Assembly: GCA_964016885.1 (NCBI GenBank) | Contig: OZ024747.1 | Coordinates: 8,246,001-8,310,000, forward strand | Length of the DNA: 64,000 nucleotides | Source of the DNA: Eledone cirrhosa | Lineage: Eukaryota | Direction: 5' to 3' | Shown here: piece by piece, positions 38,645 through 54,384 of the stretch | Position numbering within the stretch: the stretch's first letter is position 1 | Layout of the letters: every line of letters begins with the position of its first letter | Notes under the pieces: generated by a model | Database searches by the model: none | The model's input: the letters and a program-made list of their open reading frames with translations, nothing else | What the model was told of the DNA's origin: nothing | Made by a program: the position numbers and the translations under genes

Positions 38645-38995
38645 AATTGTTTCTACTTTTGGCACAAGGCTAGCAATTAATCCAGTGTATTACTGGTACT
38701 TTATTTTATCGACCCCGTAAGGATGAAAGGCAAAGTTAACCTCGGTGGGATTTGAACTCAAAATGGCAAGGGCCGTAACTCTATGCATCAAAGCATGGCG
38801 TCCGACTCTCTACCGATACTGCCAATTAATAATAAAATGTTATAGTACTGAGTTCAAATCCCGCTGAGTTTAACTTTGCCTTTCATCCTTATGGGAGTCG
38901 ATAAAATAAAGCACCAGTAATGTACTGGGGTCAATTTAATCGACTTTCCCCTCCCCCAAAATTGCTTGCCTTGTGCCTATATAAGAAACCATTAT
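38645..38995. mobile_element. Meta/Sauria-like SINE copies (minus 38645-38825, plus 38848-38995)
   Basis: Central domain as at 15050. Further copies near 39480, 40015, 43285 and 46093. Confidence 0.75.
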
Positions 38996-39129
38996 TACTG
39001 TGTGTTGTAACTACATTACCAAGCCCAGCTCAGTGTTGTTTATGGTGTTATTTCTATTGTATTGAGAGTTCACTTTGTAATATGTCTACAGTGCCTAGTA
39101 GTGCTATTTTCTGATGCTGTATATATTCG

Positions 39130-40592
39130 TAAGTCTTGGAGTTTGGGTCATGTATCAGTCTTTGTGACTTGATCATTCCCAGAGAACCTATAATTTTCTA
39201 CTTCCAGATCTTTATATTTTGATAATTTCATCATTTCCTTGATGGATATATTGTCATCTGTGGGGATATGAACATCAATTAGAAACTTTTTTATCTTTGT
39301 GGTTTTGTTACTATAACATCCAGTTAGTTGGCTTTGATCATCCTGTCTGTGTGTGTTGACATATCCCAGAGTATGGTTGCTTTGTCTTTTTCTGACACAT
39401 TTTCTGGTGTATGTTTGTATCACCTTTTTTCTCTTGTTGGATGCCATGCTTTGCAGCTTAGAGTTATGGCCTTTTTTTATCTGAGTTCAAATCCCGCTGA
39501 GGTTAACTTTGCCTTTCATCCTTACGGGGTCAATAAATTAAGTACCAGTAATACACTGGGGGTAATGTGAAGGCGCATGGCTTAGTGGTTAGAGCATTGG
39601 GCTTGCAATCGAAAGGTTGTGAGTTCAATTCTCGAACCGGGTGATGTGTTGTTTCCTTGAGCAAGACACTTTATTTCACGTTGCTCCAGTTTACTCAGCT
39701 GTAGAAATGAGATGATAGGACTTAAATCACCCAAGACACCTCCAACGAGATATACCTTGGAGGAGGCCAGCTAAACCTGCATAGGTGTGAGCTGTAACAA
39801 CAACAACAACACTGGGGTAATTGCTGTCCTTGTGCCAAAAGTAGAAACAGTTATTTCGTAGTGTTGGCACAACTTCCAGTGTATGTATCTCAACTTCATC
39901 ATGTCTATGGATATATTATTCTTTGGCTAAGACTGGGCAGCCAGAGATAAGATGTTTAACTGTTTCTTCCCCATTACCATATGTTCTGTAGTTACAGTAT
40001 TCTGCTTCATTGAATTGGCAGTATTGGTAGAGGGGTCGGACGCCATGCTTTAACGCATAGAGTTACGGCCCTTGCCATTCTGAATTCAAATCCTGCCGAG
40101 GTTAACTTTGTCTTTCATCCTTACGGGGGTCGATAAAATAAAGTACCAGTAATGCACTGGGATAATTGCTGGCCTTGTGCCAATAGTAGAAACAATTATG
40201 TAATTTTTTGGTTGTTTTCTGATGGAGAGGTTTTATTCTGCTTCTTAGCCAGTTTTGTGAATTCTGTTTGTCCACTTCCTCCCTATTCGTTTTTTAGGAT
40301 ATTGGCCATGTAAGGGTTTTTCCTGCCATCATTTTAGCACAGTATTCTGGAGATCTGTTTTCAATTTGGATTTTAGCTATTTCGTGGTTTCTGTTGTTGT
40401 TTCTTCTTTTTATTTTTATTTTCTTCAAAATAATCTGTCAATTCAGCTTGTTTTGAATTTGTTGGCTTCCTTGAAGATAGAAAGCAATTTTTTCTTTTGA
40501 TTCTTGATTCTTCATATTTTTATTTGTGTTAACTTTTCATTATTTTTCATTAGATATTCCTGCAGTCCTATTATTATTATTATTATTATTAT

Positions 40593-40645
<53 letters not shown>

Positions 40646-41640
40646 TAATGCTGATGATGATAATATGACACTTCCTTTGAATTCTGCTTCTTTCCTATAT
40701 CTTGCTGGGTGTCAAGCTGACACCTGAGGCAAAATTTGGTAATACACGCATTTAACAAACAATTGGCATAAAAATAACACCATAAGGACATAAATAAAAC
40801 AGTAAATGTCTTTGCAAGGTATTTCTATTGACAATGCTCTTCTCAGAACATGGGCAGTGCCAGCTAACACTATTTTCTATAAATCTTGCAGAGATGGCTT
40901 TCCAGGCATCTGATCCAAATACTTTATTATACCATTTTTTATCATCCCAAGTGCTCTGACTATCACTGGTATTGTACAGGCTTTAAGATGCCACATTTTA
41001 ATTATCAGATCTTTATATTTACTGAGCTTTCAGAACTCTTTCAAGAAGATGTTATGTTCTGATGGAATGCTCATGCCAATTAAGAAGCATATTTTCTTTT
41101 TAAGGTCATTCACAATTATATCTGGTCTATTGACTTTGATTGGTCTGTCAGTGTTCACAGGAAAATTCCATTTCTAATCATATTGGCTTGAAAGATGTGT
41201 GTTGAAAGACACTGGCCAAAATGAAGCCCTCACTCTGCTTTTAGCCCAAAATTCCACAGCCATTAATAGGTGAAAGTTTGATCTACATCACATTCTTTGT
41301 TACAGAGAACAATGCAGTAGATGTTGCACCCATTGACCTTCATTTTTCACCAACATTTTGATGGTCTTTCCATCCTTAATTGCAGAATCACCTTTTTCAC
41401 CGTGGTTCTTTATTTCTACTTCTTCTCTGTTTTATTCCTAGGATATCTTAAACCAAATTTGCACCTGTTAACAGTAGTTTGATAGCTTCCTCCAATAGTA
41501 GCTCTATTGCCAATTTTATGGCTTCTTTCACTTCTTTTTATCAAATGTTTTCAAATCCACTACATTAACGGTTTCCTTACTTTTCAATTTTTCTTTTAGT
41601 TTTTCCACAAGCAGTCTATCATCTTCACAAACTCCATCTT
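39130..41640 (-). pseudogene. Scattered R4/Dong-like (restriction-like endonuclease) LINE relics
   Basis: LIDVHIPTDDNISIKEMMKLSKYKDLE (~39195-39285). NRPDIIV...FLIGMSIP...KLSKYKDL...IPVIVRALG (~40945-41135). Interrupted by SINEs. Confidence 0.65.
39568..39720 (+). mobile_element. CORE-type SINE head
   Basis: gaaggcgcatggcttagtggttagagc... plus CORE segment. Confidence 0.85.
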
Positions 41641-42103
41641 CAATATTATTGTTATATTCAAATTACCTATTGGAGCCTAACCTTTTTGTTACTATATTTC
41701 TAATAAAAGACTGCCAATGATTTTCAATAATCAAGAATTTAGTGGGATCTAGTAAAATAAGTAACTCTCTCATCATTAAGCTGGTTTTGGAACACAACTT
41801 AACAAAGGTTTTGGAACATAACTTAACATAAGATTATGATGGATGATTTGTAGATAAATATGAATACTTTATAACAAACAACTTTGCAGAACAGAATCAG
41901 TGGCATTTTTAGACAGTTTGGTAATGAAAGTGTTAAAAGCTGCAATTCTTAGCAAAGATTACATCATTTTTAGTAAAAATATCACATAACACCTTTTAAA
42001 TAAGATTGCGATTTGGTCACAAATCTAAAAGAATCAAAAGCACAATAATATGACAGCAGCTGATATTAACAGAAAATAAGAACAACCATTTTTTTTTATG
42101 TAC

Positions 42104-42260
42104 CTGGTATTTCTTCATATTGTGGGGCATCTCTTCTTATGCAGCCATGTTTGAGGTCTTTTCGTGTGGATACAATATTAATACGACAGTCAGGAGTTGT
42201 AAATGGTCTTTCTTCAACACCAATATATCCAGATGTAACACCTATATCTGCTATGTATCC
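42104..42260 (-). CDS. Candidate host exon, product unknown
   Basis: ttggcag|...|gtacat boundaries, open frame GYIADIGVTSGYIGVEERPFTTPDCRINIVSTRKDLKHGCIRRDAPQYEEIP, in non-repetitive sequence. Confidence 0.3.
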
Positions 42261-43195
42261 CTGCCAAATATATTTATGAATAATTGATTGTACATAACTC
42301 AACACATTTATAACTAAAATTCACTTGAATATGTTTTCCATAACCAAAACTAAAATCTCTTGACAAGTCAAAGTTGAAATATTTATTGTATAGAACAAAG
42401 GTTCTCAACCCATTTCAGCCAAACTCAAAATCATGAAACGCCTCCTTGCCCCTTTTTTCCCTTTTTCAATATACTACTGATTTTAATATCAGTAGATTAC
42501 TGGGCCAAATGAAGTTATGTTAGAATCTTTAAAAAGATCTTTAAAAAATACTCGTACAAATTAAATACCAAAAAGTTTCAGTCCAAAACAAAAGCAAGCT
42601 ATTTCAAATTATATATTTTAAAAAAAGACGTGAATGTTCTCAAAGATTTTGAGTGGATAGACAATTCTACAATTCAAACTGTAAAGTCAAAATACAAAAG
42701 ATGCAAAATATGAAGAAATTCTTACCTTTCTCTTGAATCACAAACTCAAGCGAAAAATAGTACCTTGCAAAATAAAGTGCCTCGATCACAAACTTAGTGC
42801 AACGAATGAATTGAGATGCTTGGTGACAGTGAACACACAATATCTGTATCCTTTATATATATATACATAGATAGATACACACACACATACATCCGTGCAC
42901 GCGCACTAACACACACACAGACTCACACACACATACACACACAAACAAACTTGTGTGTGTGTCTGTGTGTGTGCCTTGTTTTTGGTACAGACAGAATTTT
43001 GTCTCCAGTTTTTATTGCCAGGTCAAAGGCCATTGATTTTTTAACAACATCAAATAACAACGCCATATATATACATATATATATAGAGAGAGGGAGAGAG
43101 AGGGAGAAAGAAAGAGGGAGAGAGACAGAGAGAGTAAGAAATGTGTGTGTGTGTATGTGTTTGGTACACGTCTATCTATCTATCTATCTCTCCAA

Positions 43196-43240
43196 CAGGG
43201 GGCTCAAACATGCGGCCCGCGAACTACTTTTCTGTGGCCC
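43196..43240 (+). mobile_element. Possible hAT/Charlie-type terminus
   Basis: cagggggctcaaacatgcggcccgcg resembles hAT terminal and subterminal motifs. The other end was not found. Confidence 0.45.
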
Positions 43241-43296
43241 ATGGTAAAACCAATATTTCAGATTCCATTATAACTGGTGAAAATAAGGCAGTGAGC

Positions 43297-43552
43297 TGGT
43301 GGAATCGTTAGCACATCTGGTGGAATCGTTAGCACATCTGGTGAAATGTTAGCACATCTGGTGGAATCGTTAGCACATCTGGTGAAATGTTAGCACATCT
43401 GGTGAAATGTTAGCACATCTGGTGAAATGTTAGCACATCTGGTGAAATGTTAGCACATCTGGTGAAATGTTAGCACATCTGGTGAAATGTTAGCACATCT
43501 GGTGAAATGTTAGCACATCTGGTGAAATGTTAGCACATCTGGTGAAATGCTT
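43297..43552. repeat. 20-bp minisatellite inside a SINE head
   Basis: ctggtgaaatgttagcacat repeated about 12 times. Confidence 0.92.
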
Positions 43553-43842
43553 AGCGGTGCTTCTTCTGTTTTTACGTTCCGAGTTCAAATTCCACCGATC
43601 TCAACTTTACCTTTCATCTTTTTGGGGTCCATAAATTGAACACCAGTTGTGAACTGGAATCGATGAGACCCTAAACCTTAAATTTCATGCCTTGTGCCTA
43701 TAGTAGAAATGATTATAACTGGTGAAAATCATCACCCACCACCACGTTTGGCCCACTGTGCCTCTCCTCCAGGACGTAATGGCCCTTTTATGTCCTTCAG
43801 TTTGAGACCTCTCTTCTACACACACACACATACACACACACA

Positions 43843-43896
<54 letters not shown>

Positions 43897-44156
43897 CTTT
43901 ACATTTTTTCTGTCTCTGGACTACGCCCATGCTGGAGCATCACCTTGGTAAGTTATAGGGACGTCAACAAACCAACAAGCATTGGTGGGAACGCAAACAC
44001 AAACGCAAAGACACACACAGACATATATACATATATACAACGCACTTCTTTTAGTTTCGGTCTATCAAATCCACTCCCAGGGCTTTGGTTGGCCCAGAGA
44101 GTGGGACTGAACCCGGAAACATGTGGTTGGGAAGCAAGCTTCTTGTCACACTGCAC

Positions 44157-44217
<61 letters not shown>

Positions 44218-44425
44218 CAAATTAACAATGAGAATAAAAAGAACAAAGTCAAGTTACTTTATAACTTTGTTTTTATTTTGTTGTTTTTATTTTCATTATT
44301 AATTTAATACCTAATATCTGACTCTGTATCTAAAGAATTAATTCAGCAAAACACAGAACTTCTCGATGGATTTTACAAGATTACATTGAGTTCTATCCAG
44401 AGGTAGACCAGACTGAAGAAATAAA

Positions 44426-44495
<70 letters not shown>

Positions 44496-44956
44496 ATTTG
44501 TATATATACATGCATTTATATTTAAGTGTGTAAGGATGTTGACATGATTTATGGCTTTTTTTTGGTAAGGAGAAAATTTTGTTTCCACATTTTATTACCT
44601 AGGGAGATTAAATACCACAGCTCTGGCTGAAAGCTGACCAGGGTCTCAACCTCATCAAACACCAACGCCGGCTTGTGTGGGTATATATGTGTGTGTGTGT
44701 GTGTATGTGTATATATATATGTGTGTGTATGTTCTTCTGGCTTTATAATTTCACAAATTGCCAATAGAGAGAGAGTCGGTTTCTAACATAGACACAAAAC
44801 TCTCTCATTGGAATTTACACAACATCAACTAGGTAGATATGTATGTATGTCTGCATGTGTAGATATGGATGTTATTGTATGTGTGGATGTGGATGTCTTG
44901 AGTTGTATGTGTGCATGTGCATACGCTTTGTATCTGTACATGTGTATATGCAGTTA

Positions 44957-45155
44957 TTAGATGCAAAATTTTTGGAATGTCTTACATATTTTTACTGTTC
45001 CATTAATGGATTGTACTTGTAATTTCCTAACTAGTTGTGTTCTTTCTGTTCCTGTGAAGCCCAGCTTCTCAAGATTTGTATTGAGGCAGTTACTAACATA
45101 CCCCAGTGCCCCAATAATCACAGGCATAAATCTGAAGGTGTAATCAGGGTGGAGA
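44957..45155 (-). mobile_element. RLE-type LINE C-terminal fragment
   Basis: HPDYTFRFMPVIIGALGYV...LQVQSINGTVKICKTF, embedded in (TACA)n. Confidence 0.65.
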
Positions 45156-46989
45156 TGTATGTATGTATGTATGTATGTATGTTGTATGTATGTACGTATG
45201 CATGTGTATGATTGTATGTATATGTATACACCCACACCTTTCATCACCATTGCTTCTTTTTCTTGTTGTTTCTGTTGTTCTTGTAACTGTTGTCAAAGTT
45301 GAGGTTGTCCTTATTTTCATTTTCTTTGATTTCTTTCATTTTTCTTTTATCTCCCTAGGGAATTCGTTGACAAGCTTCTTTTATTTATTTTCTTCGTTTT
45401 CTTCATTCAAATGCATCCACACTGGCTGTCTCAGAGACGTACATATATAGCTTATAAAACTTACCCAAGTGCCCCCCCCTAGCGCACCCAAAGCTTCAAA
45501 CACTCCCTAACGACCCCTTGCTCCAAAACGATATTAATGCAGTCAAAAACCACCTCTGGTTCTATGAAGCAAAGCCACCGACTTTAAAAGGTTCCAACAT
45601 AAATCAAAGTCTTCCCACATAATGTACGAACATTTGCTATGTGACACATCATTAGATTTGATGGTGATATATTTAAACAGAGAATATTGAACTGATGTTT
45701 GTATATAAAGTTTCTGCATAAAACATTTTTAGCTTAGTAGTATCTTGTGTGTATAGTGACCACATAACATTAACCAGTCGATGAAAGGTTTGTATGCTCC
45801 ACCCCACCTACCCTGTTCATCCACTCCCCAACATTCATCTGCCTCATGGTCCCAACAGACAGAAGGACAGAACAGAGAAGACATTACCCTGGAGGATAGT
45901 GTGAGAAGCATGTTGAAAGAGCTATTTCAACTTATGGGGCTCACATCTGATGTAGGAAGGTGGTTCAGGGACCTAGAATTCTAGAAGAAACTCTTGTTTA
46001 GACATTTGCATGTCAGGAAAGCACGTGTGGACGGTCGAATTACACCTGATATCCTGTTCCAATTCCTGTCGTTATTTGTTGTTTATTTAGGATTGGCAAT
46101 ATCGGTAGAGAGTCGGACGCCATGCTTTCCAGCATAGTTACATCCCTTTACAGTCTGAGTTCAAATCCCACCGAGGTTAACTTTGCCTTTCATCCTTACG
46201 GGGTCGATAAAATAAAAGTACCAGTAATGTACTGGGATAATTGCTGGCCTTGTGCTAAAAGTAACAGTTATTTGTTGTTTATTTGTTATTTTACGGGCTA
46301 TGAATATGGAACATGTGATGTCGAAATAGCAACTGTTTGCCATTTATAATCCTACAGATGATAAAAACCCAATTTTGAATGCAAACCTTGTTTCTTAATC
46401 CAGGATATATATGTATACAGTAACAATATATATAACAGAAAATAGAGAAAGATATATATATATATATAAGTACATACACTGCAATGGGATTTTACTACTT
46501 TAGTTGCAACAACAAACATACATTACAGAGCTCTTTACTGTTATCTGTAATTTGAATAGAACAAGCTCTAGAATTTCCTGTTGAATCATTTAAGTCTAAC
46601 CCATGCTAGCATGGAAAAATGGGTGGTAAATGATGATGGTGACATGTTAGTGATGATGTTGATGATGTTGATGATGATGGTGATGATGGTGACGATGTTG
46701 GTGATGTTGATGATGATGATGGTGTTGGTGATGATGTTGATGATGATGATGATGGTGACGATGATGGTGATGATGATAATGGTGACGATGTTGGTGATGA
46801 TGTTGGTGATGTTGATGATGATGATGATGGTGATGATGTTGGTGATGATGATGATGTTGGTGATGATGATGTTGGTGATGATGATGATGATGATGATGAT
46901 GATGTTGGTGATGAGTCCTGACCTTTTCAATTTTACTTCCAACACCATCCCCCAAACTACACAAAATGTTGATGATAATGATTATGATG

Positions 46990-47035
<46 letters not shown>

Positions 47036-47038
<3 letters not shown>

Positions 47039-47657
47039 TCATCATCATCATCAACGTTTAACGTCCGTGTTCCACGCTTGCATGGGTTTGGACGGGGGTA
47101 GTCCCACTTGAGGCAAGAGTGATTGTCTTGCTCGCATAGGACTGTCTGGCAGGTTTTCTACAGTTGGATGCCCTTCCTAACACCAACCACATTTACAGTG
47201 TGGGTCTGGGAGGTTTTTACCGTGTTGCCTACACGGCCACATTACAGCGTGGACTGTGTGTTTTTTTGTCGTGACACCTACACGATCTCGTTTGTTTCGG
47301 CCTGGATGGCGCGGCACCAACATAACTTTACATAGGACGGGGTGGTGTGGATGGGGTGGGGGTGGTGGTGGTGGGACGGGGTGTATTTTGTTAGAGATGC
47401 CTACTGGCTGGAGTAGGTTTTACTATGTATTTAGGTAAGTCGGGTCTTCTCTATTACTGAGTACCGCCAAAGATCCAGTGACATTGTCTTGGAGAGGTGT
47501 AAGTGTGTGAGGTCGGAGTTTATAAGCTCGTCCCAGGATTTTCTAGGTCTGCCTATTCCGTAGCTACCGTCTATCTTTATTGCCCTGCACTTTGTTATAC
47601 AGCTATCGACTTTCATGCGCATCACGTGTCCATACCAACGCAGCCTTCTCTCGAGTA

Positions 47658-47664
<7 letters not shown>
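47036..47664 (-). mobile_element. 5'-truncated RTE LINE (family B)
   Basis: [11 protein letters not shown]...KTRLT, 3' UTR, (TA)n flanks. Confidence 0.92.
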
Positions 47665-47704
<40 letters not shown>

Positions 47705-47805
47705 CGAGTAGGACCCCTACTCGTTCCTATTACCCACTCTACTACCCTAAGTATTGAGTACTTTGGTGCGTTATGGTCCATCTGGTTCCTTACCACACTT
47801 CCTTC

Positions 47806-47862
<57 letters not shown>

Positions 47863-47973
47863 GTATATATATATATATATATATATATTGTATATATATA
47901 TATATGTATATATATATGTATATATATATGTATATATATATGTATATATATATATATACATATATATATATAC

Positions 47974-48038
<65 letters not shown>

Positions 48039-48272
48039 CATATATATATATACATATATATATACATATACATATATATATATATATATATACATATATA
48101 TATACATATATATATACATATATATATATATATACATATATATATACATATATATATACATATATATATACATATATATATACATATATATATACATATA
48201 TATATACATATATATATACATATATATATACATATATATATACATATATATATACATATATATATATATACA

Positions 48273-48342
<70 letters not shown>

Positions 48343-48366
48343 CATATATATATACATATATATATA

Positions 48367-48412
<46 letters not shown>

Positions 48413-48432
48413 GTATATATATATGTATATGT

Positions 48433-48635
48433 ATACTGGGAGACTTCAATTCACATGTTGGCACTGACCACCTGACATGGAAAGGAGTGGTGGGAAGGAG
48501 TGGCGACCCCGATCTAAATATGAATGGAGAGCCCTAAACTAGACTTCTGTTCTAGCTATGAACTCCCTATTATGAACACCTTGCAACACAGAGACATCCA
48601 TAAATGTACATGGTATAAGGGGACTCAGGACAGAG
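48433..48635 (+). mobile_element. RTE AP-endonuclease fragment
   Basis: [10 protein letters not shown]...LNMNGE / LDFC...IMNT...HKCTWY. Confidence 0.8.
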
Positions 48636-48657
48636 ATCAATATAAATATATCATATA

Positions 48658-48945
48658 TCATCATCATCATCATCATCATCATCATTTTACGTCCGCTTTT
48701 CCCTGCTTGCAAGGGTGGGACGGGTCTTATTCAGCACAGCATCTCTCCACTCGTCACGGTCCTTCCTCATCTCCACCGTGAGCTTCAACAATCTGAGGTC
48801 TGTTCTCACCACCTCCGCCCATGTTTTTCGTGGTCTACCTCTACCACGTCTTCCTTCAACTGGCATTTCCTGGCACTTCTTCACCCATCGGTCATCCTCC
48901 ATGCGCATCACATGTCCATACCACCTCAGTATCCTCTCCCGTACC
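48658..48945 (-). mobile_element. RTE family C 3' end
   Basis: MRMEDDRWVKKC...GRGRPRKTW...DRDEWR...[13 protein letters not shown], with almost no UTR and a (GAT)n tail. Confidence 0.9.
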
Positions 48946-48964
48946 CGTATAAATATATATATGA

Positions 48965-48995
<31 letters not shown>

Positions 48996-49149
48996 CGTGT
49001 CTATATATATGTATGTATATATACATCATTATCACCGTGTATATATATATATATATATATATAACGAAGGAAATGTGGTAAGGAACCAGGTGGACCATAA
49101 CTAGCCATCGAAACGGCTTGAGCTCAACCGTCGGGGTCTTACTGGTTCC

Positions 49150-49191
<42 letters not shown>

Positions 49192-49237
49192 GGTGTGTAT
49201 ATATATTATATGTATGTATATATACATCATTATCACC

Positions 49238-49277
<40 letters not shown>

Positions 49278-49280
<3 letters not shown>

Positions 49281-49612
49281 GGCACGAAGCTTAGCAGTAA
49301 GAGCATTGGCCTTGCAATCGAAAGGTTGTGAGTTCAATTCTCAGACCGGGTCATGTGTTGTTTCCTTGAGCAAGACACTTTATTTCACATTGCTCCAGTT
49401 TACTCAGCTGTAGAAATGAGATGATAGGGACTGGGGTCCCTATCATTCCACTGTAAAGTGGTCGTGGAGGTGCCATGGCAAAAAAGCACCCAGCACTCAC
49501 TGTAAATAAGGTTGGTGTTAGGAAGTGCATCCAGCTGTAGAGATCAAGCCAGAATCAGTTCCCGTCCCACCCTTGCAAGCAGGGAAAAGTGGACGTAAAA
49601 TGAAATGAAATG
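49278..49612 (+). mobile_element. Full-length CORE-type SINE
   Basis: Same as 20268-20605. Confidence 0.9.
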
Positions 49613-49618
49613 AAAAAA

Positions 49619-49670
<52 letters not shown>

Positions 49671-49678
49671 TTATCACC

Positions 49679-49750
<72 letters not shown>

Positions 49751-49807
49751 CATTATCCCCATGTGTATATATATGTATATATATATATCATTATCACCGT
49801 GTGTGTG

Positions 49808-49847
<40 letters not shown>

Positions 49848-49858
49848 TCATTATCACC

Positions 49859-49898
<40 letters not shown>

Positions 49899-51036
49899 AT
49901 ATATATATCATTATCACCGTGTGTGTGTATATGTATATATATATATATATTTATATATGAGGACATAAAATAACAGAGTAGGAAAGGAGATATGAAAGTG
50001 ATAGATCCGAGAGAGAGGTGGGAGGGAAGATAAGAGAGAAAAAAAAGAGCAAGAGAGATAGAAAGACTAACAGTATAGAGGACAATTATATAAAATGGTA
50101 GAGAAAGAAAGAAAGAAAGAACTGAAGGAGGGGGAGAGGTTGTGGGAGGAGACTGTTAGTAGTTAGTAGACATATAAAGATAGGTAGACCGAGGAGAAGG
50201 GTGGCGGGGGGGAAACAGTGGTGGGGGGAGGAGGACTGGAAGATATGTGTGGAAATGGAGGGATAAGTAGGTACATGGGTAGGTAAGGTGGTGGTGGTGG
50301 TGGTGGTGGTGGTGGTGGGTAGAGGTGATGGTGGTGGTGGTGGGTAGTGGAGGTGTGGGGGGTAGAGGTGATGGTGGGGGGGGGGGGTGAAGCGGTGGTG
50401 ATGGAGGTCATGATAGAGGTGTTGGGTGTGGTGGGGGGCAGTGCAGGGGGGGTGGGGGGGAGTAAATGTGGGGGTAAAAACAAAAGAACAAAGCAGAATA
50501 AAGAAATTGATAAAGAAAGAAAGAAAGAAAGAAAGAAAGAAGAGAGAGAATGGACAGAGAGAGAAATAGAGATAGAATGGATGGAGGGTGAGAGAGAAAG
50601 GAAGGCGAGAGTGAGAGTGAGTGAGAGGGAGGGATGGGGGGATGAGGGGGGGTGGAAGGAGAGATTAATGGATGAAGAGAACTTGCATGCATGTATGCTG
50701 AATTGTCCGGAACATTTTCCATCGAATGATTTGTGTTATCTTCACCAGTGTTGACGCTTCATATCACAGTTTCTTTTATTTTGCTCACTTCTGCATATTT
50801 CTAGCGAGCGTGTTTTTATTATAGATAGCTTATATATCTAAAGAGGAATTCGATGTTAGCATGGAGATAATTGCATTTGCAAGTGAGCTTAGAATAAAGT
50901 GAATGATACAGGTGATGTGTTTACTATATCTAGCCACAATGTTTGTAGCCAACAAAGATATTTACTCGCAATATCTATTTCCTGTGTAAATTTTTAAAAT
51001 CGATTTCATTACATTTTTTTGTTGTTGTTGTTTTTG

Positions 51037-51121
<85 letters not shown>

Positions 51122-51143
51122 AATATATATATAATATACATAT

Positions 51144-51226
<83 letters not shown>

Positions 51227-51356
51227 GATTTATATCCACTTCAAGTTGTTAGCTGTTGTGTGTACATGTCCTTAGATTCAGCTTATAATGTGTGCTTTGC
51301 ATTAAAACTGAGGTTTTTAGTCATTCATATTTTAATGTCCACGGAGTGTGTCAGTT

Positions 51357-51411
<55 letters not shown>

Positions 51412-51584
51412 GTATTTATATATATATATATATATGTATTTATATATATATATATATATATATGTATTTATATATATATATATATATATATATGTATTTA
51501 TATATATATGTATCAATGCCAAAACAATTATGAGCACGTAAAATGATAATGATGATGTATTTATATATATATATATATAATAGG

Positions 51585-51639
<55 letters not shown>

Positions 51640-51725
51640 GTATATATATATATGTATATATGTATATGTATATATATATGTATATATGTATATATATATA
51701 TGTATATATGTATAATATATATATG

Positions 51726-51878
<153 letters not shown>

Positions 51879-52223
51879 ATGTGTATTTAAATATATATAT
51901 GTGTGTGTGCCTATATGTATGTTTCTGTACGTGTGCTTGTATGTATGTTGTGTGTTATCCCATAGCTTTATAATGCTAGTAGTAGTAGTGCAAACAAGGC
52001 AGGGAGTGCTCAAGTTAGTATACTAAATATATATTTTCAGATGAGAAATGCAATGTAACTAAATTCATGGAGTTTCTAGTTGAGAGTTGTCTCCAGACAG
52101 AGTAGCTAATCCATGGATATTTGGAGAAGCTTTTAAACCTTCTATCAGATTTATTTATCATATGATATTTGCAATATTTTTTCCTTGGTGGTTCTTCAAT
52201 TATGAGCTGTCAGTTTGGCCTTA

Positions 52224-52315
52224 TCACTGTCTGTTTCTATGTCTGCAGTTCCATATTAATGTTTGTTGTTTGTGGAATAGTTTATCATCTGTCATCAATA
52301 TATTACAATATATTC
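52224..52315 (-). CDS. Candidate terminal coding exon
   Basis: T-rich acceptor ttttattatttgacag|, phase-1 frame GIYCNILMTDDKLFHKQQTLIWNCRHRNRQ*, AATAAA at 52150-52155. Confidence 0.25.
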
Positions 52316-52554
52316 CTGTCAAATAATAAAAAAAAAGCTTTTGGTGACGAGTGTAGAAAAGATATATGTTGACACAATATTAAACCAAAATTGTGGATCT
52401 GTGTTTCTGTTTGTGTAGCCTGGTGTCACCTAAAACAGGCCAGTCTACTGCAGAACATGTTTCAATTAATGTTCTCTTAAAGTTAGGACTTCTGAATCTA
52501 AAGGACGGGTGGAAGAAAAGGGGACGGGAGAAGACAAGATAACAAGAGTAAGAG

Positions 52555-53260
52555 AAACAAGGAGAGGGTGGGAAAAGGGAAAGACAGAGAGAGAAAGAGA
52601 GGGAAAGAGAGAGAAGGAGAGGGGAAAAGAGATAAAGAGAGGGGAAGAGAGAGAAAGAGAGGGAAAGTGAGAGAAGGAGAGGGAAAGAGAGAGAAGGAGA
52701 GGGGAAGAGAGGGAAAGAGAGGGAAAGAGAGAAAGAGAGAGAAAGAGAGAGAAAGAGAGGGGAAGAGAGAGAAAGAGAGGGGAAGAGAGGGAAAGAGAGG
52801 GAAAGAGAGAGAAAGAGAGGGAAAGAGAGAGAAAGAGAGAGAAAGAGAGGGGAAGATTGGAAGAGGACACAGAAAAAATAGAAAGAAAAGAGAGTTATGG
52901 TCACACAGTAGTTTATCAACAGAAAGAGTGTAGAGTTATATGATGATGATGATGGCGACAATGATGGTGATGATGTTGGTGACAATGATGATGATGATGA
53001 TGGTGATGATGACGATGGTGATGATGTTGGTGACAATGATGATGATGATAATGATGATGATGGCAGCGATGATGATGATGGTGATGTTGGTGACAATGAT
53101 GATAGTAATGATGATGATGATGATGGTGACAATGATGATAGCAATGATGATGATGATGATGACGACAGTGATGATGTTGGTGACAATGATGATAGCAATG
53201 ATGATGATGATGATGATGATGACAATGATGATAGCAATGATGATGATGATGATGATGTTG
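52555..53260. repeat. GA-rich tract and (GAT)n tract
   Basis: Simple repeats. A similar (GAT)n tract lies at 46630-46913. Confidence 0.95.
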
Positions 53261-53660
53261 AGGTAAATTGAAAAGCACTCAGATTTCAGATTAAAAAGCT
53301 ACCAACTACTTCCAAACTAAACATCTCCAGCATTCCTCCAGCATCTCTGATGTTTTCCAAAGCAACATTATTGATTTCAACTGGAGAAAGTTAATATAAT
53401 TAGTGTTAGAAACCAAATATGTCATTTAGATTCTTTGATTGGTTTTAGTCATTCGATTACAACTATACCATTGCACTGTATTTAAGGGTGTTTAGGTGAT
53501 TATATCAGCCCCAGTACATATTTCAGGCTGGTATCTATTTTATCAATTTCTAATTAACAAATTACTAAGTTACAGAACATAAAGAAAGAGTTGCCACATA
53601 AACAAGAGCAGTTATTATATTGGAGTAAACATAAACACAGGCTCAGACATGCTCATACAC

Positions 53661-54363
<703 letters not shown>

Positions 54364-54384
54364 TATATATATTTATATAAATAT

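Noticed and set aside
45781-45984. 67-aa non-repetitive ORF
   Set aside because: It has no recognisable motif or splice signals and may be a TE remnant.
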